Assembly: GCF_021869535.1 (NCBI RefSeq)
Contig: NW_026262659.1
Location: 9,424,001 to 9,488,000 of the forward strand
DNA length: 64,000 nucleotides
Source of the DNA: Mytilus californianus
Lineage: Eukaryota
Direction of reading: 5' to 3'
The notes under the pieces are model-generated. The model was not told the DNA's origin. It worked only from the letters and a program-made list of their open reading frames with translations, and made no database searches. This document shows, in pieces, positions 52,186-64,000 of the stretch. The position numbers and the translations under genes were made by a program. The stretch's first letter is position 1. Each line of letters opens with the position of its first letter.

Positions 52186-54303
52186 TTACAACAACGCAAC
52201 AGGTGGATACCCTAGCGGTTTTTTAAGACCTTCTACAACAGCTCTCCAAAACAAATCCTCTCCTACACCACTTGAATATTTGATATGGTTACCACTGACC
52301 AGTAGTGATCGGAGATGACTTGTCATATGCTTCGAGTCAATATTTTTCAACATGACGAGAAGAAACACATCTCGTCCTAGTCGCCTACGTTTTTCCTGTA
52401 CAACATCAACTTCCCACTGACACCATTCACTTTTGGCAAAATCATTTGACATTATAACCACAACTTTTCTAGATTTTTCAACAAAATTATCAATGTTGCC
52501 AATGATTGGCTGTCCTATTTCGAAGTCACGATGGTGAATACACAATTTTAATCCCTCTTCCTTTTCAACTCTCTGTATGAATTTTGTATGAACCCAGTCT
52601 CTGTCTGCTTCACAGTACACAACAAATGCATTATATTCAAAATCTTCGTCGTTGTCCAAAGTCAAATATCCTCGTCTTTTGTTGTAGGACACTCGTACTA
52701 GATAAACATAGTTCTTAATATGTGATTGACATCGCACAATAAGTACAATAATTAACACAATTATCGTTCCACTTCCTGCAAGCCCAATTATAATTGTATT
52801 TGTTGGTTTCCATGGATTACAGCTTTCCTCTGTTGGGTGATAATTTGACAAAAGTTTTCCATCCATAATAGGTGGATGTTTGCATTTATAAAGTTTGAAA
52901 TTTTCAACCTTGTTCATAAAATGTTTCGTCCAATTAAGGAACCAACGCTGTTCACATGTACATGAGAAAGGGTTAAAGCCTAAATCCAGTTTCTTTAATG
53001 AAAATAAAACTTCCGGTGGAAAAGAAGTCTGGTTTATAACTGAAATCGAATTTACGCTCAAATCTAGCATAGTTAATGAAGTTACATTAATGAATAAATT
53101 GTTCCAGCGAAAAATTCTGTTCCCCATAAGATTTATTGACCAAATATGTTTGAATGGTGTAAATAACATGTCTGGAATATCGGTTATTGCGCTTTGTACA
53201 AGTATAAGTTTCCGAAGATTCGATAACGGTTGTAGCATTTCTTTGAACATTGACAGGTTTCTTGGCATGAAATTATGACTCAGATCCAGATTCTCCAAGT
53301 CTGGACAGTATGCAAAAACTTTGGTAGATGTTCTGTCAAAATGAATGGAGTTCAAATTCATCTGAAGCGTAGTAAGTGACGAACTATTGAAAGCAAACTG
53401 ACCAATCTTCTTTAAAGGATTTCCTATTCTTGGTAACAACAGAGTTTTGAGAACAGGCATAGGCGAAAAGATATTATCTTGTAAACGACCTGTATGAATT
53501 TCTTCTAAATTTAGAAACTTAATGTTCGGTAAACATCTAAAAGCATTTTTTCCGAAAGCGCCAATGTTGTTGTTTCCAAGTGTGAGGTTTTGTAAGTTTG
53601 GAACAAAACTAAAACCTGCTTTAGAACACCATTTTGGGACTTTCGTTAACATGTTACTCCTTAAATCTAATCTAGATACATTTTGCAACCCCTTCATATA
53701 AATATCTGTGATAGAATTATTGGATAACATTAAGTGTTTCAAAGAAATTATTTCCTCAAACATTGTACAGTTAAATATTTCAAAATTATTTCCTGTTAAA
53801 ATAAGCTTCAGTAGTTTGCTATTTTTGAATGCATTAAAGGAATCTACTGGAATTTCTGTCCATTGATTGTCAAGAAGATGGAGCATTTTCAAATTCCTTT
53901 TATTCAGGGAGACGAATGCTTTTGTCAACACTGTTATATTCAATTGTGGTTGATTGGCAATATACAATGTTTTGAGAGCTGAAATGTTTAAAAAAGCTTT
54001 GGGATGAATGTAAGTAATAAAATTTTCCTGTAGAACTAGTTTACCAATAAACTTACTAAACGACAGATTATAAAATGTTTGTTCGCCAATATAAGATAGA
54101 TTTGTGTGGGTCAAATTCACAACTGCAATATCTGGTGGAAATCTTGGAACATAGTTTAAGGAAACTCCACTACATATTGCGCTCTGCCTTTTACATACAC
54201 AGTGTATGTTGCATGTGATGTCACTTGCAATTAAATCATTGAAGTGTGTATAAATTACGATACACATTACAAGAGAAACACGTGCCGTATAACCAAACAA
54301 CAT
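52186..54303 (-). CDS. Toll-like receptor, copy 2 (tandem paralog)
   Basis: Same architecture as copy 1. By alignment (MLFGYTARV vs MIFCYTARV) and the acceptor cttttgtag, the start is likely 54303 or 54309 rather than 54330. Confidence 0.97.
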   Translation of the reverse strand: MLFGYTARVSLVMCIVIYTHFNDLIASDITCNIHCVCKRQSAICSGVSLNYVPRFPPDIAVVNLTHTNLSYIGEQTFYNLSFSKFIGKLVLQENFITYIHPKAFLNISALKTLYIANQPQLNITVLTKAFVSLNKRNLKMLHLLDNQWTEIPVDSFNAFKNSKLLKLILTGNNFEIFNCTMFEEIISLKHLMLSNNSITDIYMKGLQNVSRLDLRSNMLTKVPKWCSKAGFSFVPNLQNLTLGNNNIGAFGKNAFRCLPNIKFLNLEEIHTGRLQDNIFSPMPVLKTLLLPRIGNPLKKIGQFAFNSSSLTTLQMNLNSIHFDRTSTKVFAYCPDLENLDLSHNFMPRNLSMFKEMLQPLSNLRKLILVQSAITDIPDMLFTPFKHIWSINLMGNRIFRWNNLFINVTSLTMLDLSVNSISVINQTSFPPEVLFSLKKLDLGFNPFSCTCEQRWFLNWTKHFMNKVENFKLYKCKHPPIMDGKLLSNYHPTEESCNPWKPTNTIIIGLAGSGTIIVLIIVLIVRCQSHIKNYVYLVRVSYNKRRGYLTLDNDEDFEYNAFVVYCEADRDWVHTKFIQRVEKEEGLKLCIHHRDFEIGQPIIGNIDNFVEKSRKVVVIMSNDFAKSEWCQWEVDVVQEKRRRLGRDVFLLVMLKNIDSKHMTSHLRSLLVSGNHIKYSSGVGEDLFWRAVVEGLKKPLGYPPVALL

Positions 54304-54379
54304 TTTCATCTTGATTTCTACAAAAGACAAAAAATGAAATATAAAACAGTTTTTATCAATCGTATTTTATAAAAGAGGA

Positions 54380-55590
54380 ACGATAGATACCAGAGGGACA
54401 ATCAAACTCATAGATCGAAAACAAACTGACAACGCCATGGCCAAAAATAAAAAGACAAACAGACAAATAATAGTACAGATGACACAACATAGAAAACTAA
54501 AGACTAAGCAACACGAACCCCACCAAAAACTGGGGGCGATCTCAGGTGCTCCGGAAGGGTAAGCAGATTCTGCTCCACATGTGGCACCCGTCGTGTTGCT
54601 TATGTTATTACAAATCCGGTAAATAGTCTAATTCGGTAAGTCATATTCGTGAAAAGGGAAGGGTATTGTAGTTACGAATCCGATATCATCTGTGAAACGG
54701 TTATTCCATAACGGTCAACCAACTCGTGAAGGCGTCCGTAAAATTTACGAAGGGATGATTTCAACTTCACCATTTGGAACTCTTGGCTTAATAGCTTCCT
54801 TGTGAGCAGCAATACTCTATCAAGGAAATCATGGTAGGAAACACAAGCCCAGGAATATCGTATCAATTGGGAGATATATACTCCGTATGCAGGCGCTGCT
54901 GGAATGTTGCTACATAGAAATGAAAAATTCACAATTGGGAAGCTGAAATCATCTCTTTTGTCGTAATGTTTTGTTTTCAACCGACCCTCATTGTCAATTT
55001 CTAGATGTAAGTCAAGATATGAGGCAGACTTAACTGTATCTTTAGTATCCTTTATCTCTAGTTCGATGGGATAGATTCGTTCAACATAGTCACCAAATTT
55101 TGTATTATTTAGTGAGAGAACATCATCTTTATAGCGGAACGTAGAGTTAAAGGATATTGCTAACTTCTTATCTTTCTTCCTAAGAAGTTCCTGTATGAAG
55201 TCAGCTTCATAATAATAAAGAAACAAGTCGGCAAGAAGAGGGACACAATTGGTTCCCATTGGAATTCCGACAGTCTGTTGAAAAATACGTCCTCCAAACG
55301 TAACAAATATGTTGTCAATCAAGAAATCAAGCATCTTGATAATGTCAGTTTCAGAGAATTTTTTGTTTGAATCAGAGTGATTCTTTACAAAGTAGGATTT
55401 ATCCCTCCCCAAGACAAGATACTCGTATCTACGTTCGCCATTCTTTTTAATGAAACAAAGTAAAATCAACTCTTTCAATTTGTCTTTTAGTTTGGAATGG
55501 AGAGTCTTAGATTGTATGTACTCTAAAAGATCTTTGGAATTTTTTAGTATCCACATCTGATTCACGCCACCTCTATAACTTTCAATCACT
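54380..55590 (-). mobile_element. 5'-truncated, defective Penelope-like retroelement (RT plus C-terminal domain plus 3' UTR)
   Basis: ORF 54672-55589 has QQTVGIPMGTNCVPLLADLFL, FRYKDDVL (usually YIDD), and YLDL...YDKRDDFSFPIVNF...AYGVYISQLIRY. The DFSTLY-type motif A is absent. 3' UTR relatives lie at about 49605-49750 and 60950-61140. Confidence 0.85.
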
Positions 55591-58500
55591 TACGCATACA
55601 TTATATCCTATTTTACTTTTTAAATTAGAATGTCACTTGTGTATTTTTCTGTGTAATTATTAGAATAGTAATGCTTATAACACGTGATTTTTAATGAATG
55701 TATGGTCGCATGATACTGTATCTGCGTTGGGTTAGGGTAATGGTTACATAGTACCGTGTATGCTCTGGGAGAGTAAATGAACGCATGAAACTTTGTATGC
55801 TCTGGAGCTATGGTCAAATGGTAGTATATATGCTCTGATTATAAGGTCGCATGGAACCACTGGAATCCGGAGTATGTATGTTCTGGTTGAGGTTAATGGT
55901 CACATGGTACTGCGTATGCTCTATGTGATGATAATGGTGGGTTTAATCTCGGATTGGATCAAACAAAAAAGTTGAAGGAACTAGCTTACTTTCAGTTTCT
56001 GTTTCTGTTTTTGTTTTTGTGTTCTTTGTAGCACCACTGTCTTAGGTTGGGAGGTTTGGCGCTAGAAAACATGTTTAACCACGCTTTATTCTGTGTAATT
56101 TAGTGGTTGTCGTTTGTTTCTGAATATAATCATGATCATATTCGAATTAGTGTATTGTTTTGTTCACAAATGAGGCCGTTCGTATTCTCGTTTGAATTGT
56201 TTTCATTTGTCATTTCGGAGACTTCTATTGCTTACTTTGTGGCATGGATTTTTCTCATTGTTGAAAGACGTCCCGTGACCTATACTTGTTAACTTCTATA
56301 TCCTTTGGTCTCTGGTAGAGAATTGTCTCATTGGCAATTATACAACATCTTCTTATCTTTATATTAATAGTTGGTACTTTGTTTAATGAACAACAAAGAC
56401 GGTTGCCTCGAGCTCGGATAAAGAATGCTATATACGTAAGCGGTTGTTTGTCGTTTTAGATTTTCTCCGATCATGCACAAAACTCAACTGACTTTGTCGA
56501 ATTTGCGAGACACAGGTTTCAAATTGATACGAGTTTACAGGATTGACATACATATTCGTTGTACATTTCAGCTGAACCTTTAAGCAACACAGTGGCTGTG
56601 TATTGTACAGAAAGTTATGATAGGCAGAAAATGATATTTCAGCATTATACATGATAAAGTACATTTTCTTTTGTAAACACATTAAGCAATAAAGTAAACA
56701 GCTTACCTACTCAAAGATTATTGTTAAAATGTATTAACTTCAAAACCACTATAAATGTATCAAATAGAGTTTCATAATGCGTAAGATTATTAAACTCGGA
56801 AACAAGTAGCTGTTTTGGTTGCTATTTCCATGAATTACATGAATATCTAATTAAGTTTTTAAGAACATTGTTTAAGATCATTGTATTTTTTTCTGTCTGA
56901 CTTTAAATATTTTCCTCATTCTTTATAATTCAATGGAAATATTATATATCATTTTCGTCGAAATCAAATAAGGTCAGGTTAGTTTCCTACAGTTGTTATC
57001 CATTCGTTTGATGTGTTTGTTTTTTTGATTTTGCCATTTGATTAGGGAATTTCCTTTTTGAATTTTCCTCGGAATTTAGTATTTTTGTGATTTTACTTTT
57101 TTCTTGTATAGGGAGAGTTATCAAAAATGTTTCCATTGTTAATATTATTTATTGTATCATGTTTTATTATTATCAGCCCAAAGGTCTAACTGTTATCCCA
57201 TGAGTAGTAAAATTGCTAATGAATACACATAATAAAAGTGATATGCTTATTGAACGAATATATAACAATAATGAGATACAATTCATCGAATAAATTCCTA
57301 ATTACTCCTCCATTAAGGTATAGTTTTTAAAGCTGCATTTTCATAACATAACTTCAGGTTTAATTCAGTATTTGTAAGTGCATATATATGTTTTATTCGA
57401 TAACATACAGGTAGGAGGCATTCGCTATCAACTCAATGTTGTCTCCCCCCTAATTTTTAAGGGGAACAAATTATTTGTTCACTTCCTTTCTCACACATTT
57501 TCTTTAAAGAAATTCACAGTTGAACAAGTTGCATGTTTTAAAAAACTACAAATGATGTATGGTTTCTATGCCCTACATGAATTGTACGTGATAAAATTTA
57601 TCAGGAATGTTTGAGACTAAGTATTTGGAGAAACCTGTATACAACATTTTGGATCATACATTATTTTAAGAAATCTAAAATTAATTTTAAGTAACAAAAA
57701 CAAGCGAACATGACACAGATCAGCCCCTCGCAAGTACAACATTATTGTAAAGGCTGTATTTTGTTTTTAACTGTAGGCCTGCACCAAAGTTATGAAAAAT
57801 CAAAAAGAATAATTTTCACTTTGAGAAGGTATTAAAAACGATAGAAAACATGTACAAGACTATATTTTATACAATTCCGTCACGAGCCCTGCACTTTTGC
57901 CGTATTAACTGACCCCTGTTAAAGCTATGTTTACATATATTATTTGCCTGTGGGTGCTCTTGAATATATATGTCTCATCCAAAATAATGTTGCATCTGGT
58001 TAATTGCCAGTGGTCAAATTTCATTGAATATTACAGGGAAAATAAATTATAAAGAAATGAGTAGTTCCTGTTTGCTATGGAAAAAGTAATTTCTTTTTTG
58101 TTTGTGTATTAAAATCTAAAAAAATCTTTGTTACGAGAATAGACGAAACACGCATCTGTCGCACATAATTATGAGCCTGGTATTTTGAACGTATTTTTAC
58201 TAAGTAAACATGAAATTTTAACAAACAGTGTGAATACAACGGAAAAAGACATGTAACTGTACTGTTCCATATGTATAAGTTAAAAACTTTTAAAATATCA
58301 GATTTTATTTCACAACAACAACAACGACCACATTAAAAAATAAATAAATGCAAAATGTGTTAAATCCTTCTGTTCTATATTCGCAATAAGTTTACAAATG
58401 AAAAAAAAAACATTATCAGATAAAAACATTAATGCAAACGTCATAGGGCACATATAAAACAATTCTGAGCAACCGGTTTTGTCCATATCAGGTCAAACGT

Positions 58501-61500
58501 GGAAAGTATTTACAATGAAATCAGATTAAATTGTATTTCGTTAACTTTCTTCTAGTGAAGTTTGTTCCTTCTCGTTGTCTCTACCAGATCGATATAATGA
58601 GATTCACAACAAATTGTCTCTCTTTGTCTGTAGTTTTCTTGATAGAAAATATCAAAGATTCTTCCATTCTGTTCTCTCAATCAAAATGTCGTCTTTACTT
58701 TCCAATATATGTTGACAATACCATCATCGACACGTTATCATCTTCATAACTGATCCGAACTTTTACTTCAACTTATCTTTTCAAATCCTACTTCGACTGA
58801 GAAGTCATCTTTGTATATCTTCTGAACCTTCTTTTTGTGAGGATTATCGAGTTCATCTCTCCGTAATAATAATCTGTAATGCGAGAAAGAATTTCAAGTA
58901 GAGTTTGAAGATTTGGTCAACTTATTGAAAAATAAAAAGGTAAAAGTGTTATTCCTTAATGATTATGAGACTCTATCATAGGAAAGGAGAAGAGTTGAAT
59001 CAAGCAATATCGATCTTATTATATAAAGACGAGATCTATAAACAACACCTTCATAAAATTAGGAAATGCTATTCCGTTAGTAAGACGATTATTTCAGGTA
59101 CAGTCAAACTTTCAAATCACAATATAACTTCAGCAGCAGAGATACATCCGGGAGTGAGGATGCAATGTCTGCCTTCTAGATGGACAATGCATATCCGTGT
59201 TTAGTATGTCTATCTTATTTCAACATCACCTTATTTACATATAAATAATGATGACAGTGCCCTGTCCTCTCCTTTTTTGTACAAAGACATCGATCCGCAA
59301 AGCTTCATATACAGTCACACAATAAGTCATGACATTAAAAAACCAGAGTGTTGTATATATAATTTACGTACGTCCAACCTGTACGTTACATATTTATCTA
59401 CTTACCCTTGAAACTGCGAAAGAAAATTAGTAGATTTAGATTCGAGATTGAATTATTTTTAATTTAGATTTAAGCTTCAAGCTTGAATTGCTTTAGAGAT
59501 ACTTAACCCAAACTATATGACTTCCGCACTATAATCAACCTCATATCATCAAATCACAACATATACTATAGAAGTAAATATCTATCAAAAGTTTCCAATA
59601 CAACGATTGTCCGAATAAAACATGCACTTTCAGTACTTTAAAAAGTACTCAAATAAAAACAAATACTGTACACTGAGATAACAATGCCATGCCCAGTAGG
59701 TAAAATAAGTGAAAAAACATTCAAATATCTTCAAACAGGAAAAGACAGCTCGGAAAATTTGAAAATCGCTAAAAATTAACAACTTGTCATAATAATGAAC
59801 CACACTGTAGATCAAATCAATATAGAAGAAAAATACCATGCTTCGTGGGTATATAAAAAATCAAAATATAGTAAAACTGGAAGTGACTTCCCAACAGATC
59901 TGGAAATCTCCTATACGATACAAAACGTTGAAACATTCTAGATAAACAATGCAGAAGCTGAGTAATAATTAATGAAACTTATGGACGAAAGGACGGACAC
60001 AGACATATAGTTAATCAACCTTCCCTGAGCAGGGTATACCAAATATAAGTGATGTATTAACTCTTAAATAACTTACTTGTTATTTTCAATGAATGATGTA
60101 TGGAACCAAATGAAGAATGCACAATTATCATACACCTTTGGTACTGTTGACTGAAACAAAATAGGATATTCATGACTAGCTATACATTCATATTGAAACA
60201 AATATTTATTGTCATGTGTTCAACTTCCAGCGGCAAATGTTATATAAAGCAATCCTTAGACTTTTTAAGAACTGAATGCTTCTTTTTATAGTTTTAATGG
60301 GATGTCAAAGCGTTGACTGAAGCACATTTTGAATGAAACACGGAAGCTCTTAATATAAAAATGTGCGCACGATCAACGCTTTTACAACCCTAAACAATAA
60401 CGCAGATAGTATTTGAACGACGTGGAAGAAATGCAAAAAAAACAACTCACTCCTAGAATGTGAATTTGTCAACCTTCGCCACACTGTGGAAGGTAATACA
60501 CAACATGAATAAGTTGCAAGCTCAGTTTAAGCCTATAGTTTGAGAAGCAGATGTACATGTTGCTGATTTATATGCAAAGTAATTTGAGTAAACAAATTCT
60601 GAATACTTACAGAGCGTGAGGTGAATCGAAGTGTGTCGTTGTAAAGGTCTGGGCAATTTAATATCTGAACGTCTATCAGGTTCTTCAAATTATTATGTCG
60701 AATCTAACAAAAGAAAAAAAATGTTAGATACAGTTTGCAAACAATATGCATATCATATGCATATATTATTTCGAAACATATCATTTTAACAGTGAAAATA
60801 CATATTGAATATGCATATGAACACGCAGTTTAAGTTTTACAGACTTCAGGATCATACCTTCTCCATTTGAACGCTAGGACAATAGACTGGATACGTCTCT
60901 TGACTTTACAAGCGATTTTATCATCGATTGTTTTAACTGTCATGAGCAACACGACGGATGTCTTTAGTGGAGTAGAAACGATTCCCCTTCCGGAGCACCT
61001 GGATTAACCTTCGGTTTAAGCATTTTTGTTTTCGTTTTCTGTGTAGTATTTTGTGGACTGTTGTTTTTCTCTTCGTCTTTTTTTATTTTTTGACATGATA
61101 TTGTCTGTTTTCTGTCGAATATTGTTTTTCGATTACCCTTAGCTATCATCTTCCTGTTTTTACAGTTTCGTGAAGGCTATCATTAAGAAATATCAATAAT
61201 CGGTAAAACAATGTCTTAATTCTTACTTTTTCACCATTGCTACTAAACTAAGAGCCTATTTATTCAAAATGCAGTACTAAATATAATGATGCTCGTCAAC
61301 AGAAAAAAAAAGGTTGCCTTCATTTTCGAAAATTCTTGCAACAATTACCTGACAGTTTATTTGTTTTTCAAATTGCACCGTATGGACCTTTTCTTTGTTC
61401 TTGTAAATTTCCGTCGCTAAATCTGACCCATCTCCTTTTCCAATATCTAGGAAAAAGATCTTTTATTTTCATATGTAGATTATAGCATTATAGTTTTCAA

Positions 61501-61873
61501 TATGAATATAATGAAAGGTAAATGCCAAACAGACAACAATTTTACACACAATGAAGGGTGAACATATCACTTAACCTGTCTATACCCATACCGTAGAAAG
61601 CTATAAAAGGCACCATGTGAAACAATCAACGACCTAATGTATGCTTAAAAACTGTTGCAAGACAGAAACCAACGACAACCACTGTCTTACAGACTCTACC
61701 TGGGACAGTCATATACATGAAACATGTACAGATTTTTTGCTGATGAAAGTTGATTTCCCTGGTTTGTCATGATGAAGTTTAGGTATCTATACAAGTAAGT
61801 CAATGCAAGTCATTGTTAAAACTCTTTTCTTCAGATTAACCGTCAACGTTCAAACGTTCAATGAGTTCCATTA

Positions 61874-61917
61874 TCAGTACTCCCAATAAATGTGTTGAAC
61901 TTCACGCGTCGCTACAG
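61874..61917 (-). CDS. Gene C putative terminal exon
   Basis: Acceptor ttacaattag; phase 1 gives (A)VATREVQHIYWEY-stop. Confidence 0.4.
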
Positions 61918-62103
61918 CTAATTGTAACAGTTCATTATTACCATTCAAACATTCACCCAAAACCAGAAAGTTAATTAGTACAAATATATAAAATGTGAAG
62001 ACAATTACATATCCATATAGCTTTTGCATATTCTGTTCAAGGTTATTTTGAAACAAAAAATAATAACACAACGCGGTTAGTTTTACCACTGCAGAATACC
62101 TAC

Positions 62104-62209
62104 CATTTATGCCTGTTATTTTGATACTTGTGATTTTCAGGTTAATTACTGGAGGACATTCTCCATCGTAGTCTTTCTTTACATTCTCATAATAACCAAC
62201 ATATCTACT
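62104..62209 (-). CDS. Gene C exon (uncharacterised)
   Basis: Acceptor tttaatttag, donor GTAGGT; reads SRYVGYYENVKKDYDGECPPVINLKITSIKITGIN; phase 0 to 1. Confidence 0.55.
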
Positions 62210-62756
62210 CTAAATTAAAGGAAAAATATTTTGTTAAATTTGGTGTACTAATTTGATATCCTGCATTTATCATACTTTATCATAAAATGAAATAAGATTT
62301 CTGAAAGACCCCTCCCCCCCTCCTTCAAAATTATTGAAAACAAAACTATCCTTTGTATTAACCAAAATATTTTTGTATAAATAAGATACTCTCAATCGGA
62401 CTAATGGGTATATCTAATACAAGGAAACAATAACTTTAAAAAAAAAAACACTTGGTAAAGGTGACAGCTGAATGAAGGTTTAGCAATGCCCACTGGAATC
62501 TCAACCACTTTATACAACCTGCTATTATAACTACTAAAATAAAAACGAAAATTGATCCAAACACAGAATCATTTTTGACAGAGATCTTAGTTGCACGTAT
62601 TGCGAACAGTCAGGGAACGGAAATCATACATAACTCAAAAGTGTACTGGAACAATCTCATAGTGATTCAATTATTCAGCTACAAAAATTACACACATAGT
62701 ACATATAAAAAAGCAATTAACTGTCTTTATAAACATATATGAAAAGTTAATTTTAC

Positions 62757-62837
62757 CTGACTTGGCGTTTCCACGCCTTGGAATGTTGTACCAACACTAA
62801 GATCCGTTCGTCTACCTCCAAAATAATCTAGACTACT
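62757..62837 (-). CDS. Gene C exon (uncharacterised)
   Basis: Acceptor atgatttcag, donor GTAAAA; reads SSLDYFGGRRTDLSVGTTFQGVETPSQ; phase 0 to 0. Confidence 0.55.
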
Positions 62838-64000
62838 CTGAAATCATAAATCAGAAATATGAATAATTCTTTGGTTCAGTTGATTTAGACTTATAAATAT
62901 ATGTCTTTCTGGTTAAGGGTGCCTTTCATATCCGTGACCCTTATCTGCTTTAGATTTTTATATAATCTATTTTAAAAATATTTGATAACTAAATTGTGAC
63001 CGTGTTAAGAAAAAAAATAGTTATCTGGACTTCCATTTGAAAGCAAGACCTGAATCTTTAAGTGCGTCAGCTGTATGGCTGTACGGAATGTAAATATACA
63101 CAGCCACGTCAGGATAAAACGGCATATTCGATCCGATGAATCGGGTTTAGGGCGTGCTACACTATTTGCGCTCTTTGTTGGAATTTCAAAAAGGCAAGTT
63201 TTGCCATACATTACGCACTCCACATTCGTTGCAACACTTTCCTAATAGATGTACATCATTCAGGTCATAAATATGCATGCGATATTTGACAAAAGACGAT
63301 AAACGAACAACAAGCGTTCATTTCATAATTTTATCGTGTTGAAAAAGATGTTAGCGTTTTGTATTGGAACAAGCAACTAAAACATTTACTGTATTTCGTT
63401 ATCATTGTACCTTTTTAATTATCGAATACTGCTTACGTCCAAACTGTAACGTACAGTTTTACCACAGCGTTTAACACAAAAAGAAACTTTTTTTTAACAC
63501 ATAGAATCAAACAAACAAAATAACGTGTAATTAAATGGAATGTGATCCCATATGTTTGAAGAACTGGCACAGTAAGTTCATTATCATGTATGTTTAATTG
63601 ATACCTTGACAATCTATATGCGTTATTCATTTGGTCTCTTGTGGCGAGTTGTCTCATTGGCAATCATACCACATCTTATTTTTTATATTCTTCTATTATC
63701 AGTTTAAAAATGGACAGGTAAAAAAGATCAAACTAACTTATTAGTTTACTGATAGTGTACAAATAGCTTAAAGGGGCATTAGTTGTCAAATTCATGTTCA
63801 CCGATTTGACTCAAATTCTCATATTTGATTTATAACCTACTAAAACGTATATCCAACTTACAAAAAGTCTAAAATGAACAATTAACAATGCACGGACTCG
63901 ATAATATGTATCCGCATTTCATGTGTATTTTAGTCTAGACGCCATCTAATTAACCATTGAGGTGACCTCCGAAGACTGCCGACGATTATATAACCTTATA

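Noticed and set aside
54304-54330. MSFVEIKMK extension of TLR copy 2
   Set aside because: The first ATG lies upstream of the acceptor shared with copy 1; alignment supports a later Met.
58500-59400. Possible decayed coding region or TE
   Set aside because: It looks coding-like in places, but I could not recover any diagnostic motif by eye.

Overview
AT-rich, intron-rich animal genomic DNA; the repeat families and gene content suggest a bivalve mollusc such as Mytilus (inference, not searched). It is not prokaryotic and has no CRISPR array or rRNA. The main contents are: (1) an 8-exon minus-strand gene (18819 to <1), missed by the ORF track, encoding a signal peptide, a Cys-rich ectodomain and a TM segment; all junctions were reconstructed in phase. 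(2) A divergently oriented plus-strand paralog (23572-27611) that appears to encode only the N-terminal domain as a secreted protein of about 180 aa. (3) A non-autonomous Ty3/Gypsy LTR element (4469-9311, TSD ACTA, tRNA-Leu PBS) in the last visible intron of gene 1, with an in-frame gag/integrase fusion and an extra C2H2 zinc-finger ORF. (4) An innate-immunity cluster: a RING-less double B-box/coiled-coil/propeller TRIM-like gene and two tandem Toll-like receptors, with kappaB-consensus motifs upstream, three of them carried by a dispersed repeat. (5) Penelope-like and CR1/L2-like retroelement relics, a tRNA-derived SINE, TTAA-flanked and hairpin MITEs, and a 14 x 68-bp satellite grown inside a dispersed repeat. 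(6) Three in-phase exons of an unknown minus-strand gene at the right edge. All alignments and counts were done by eye.
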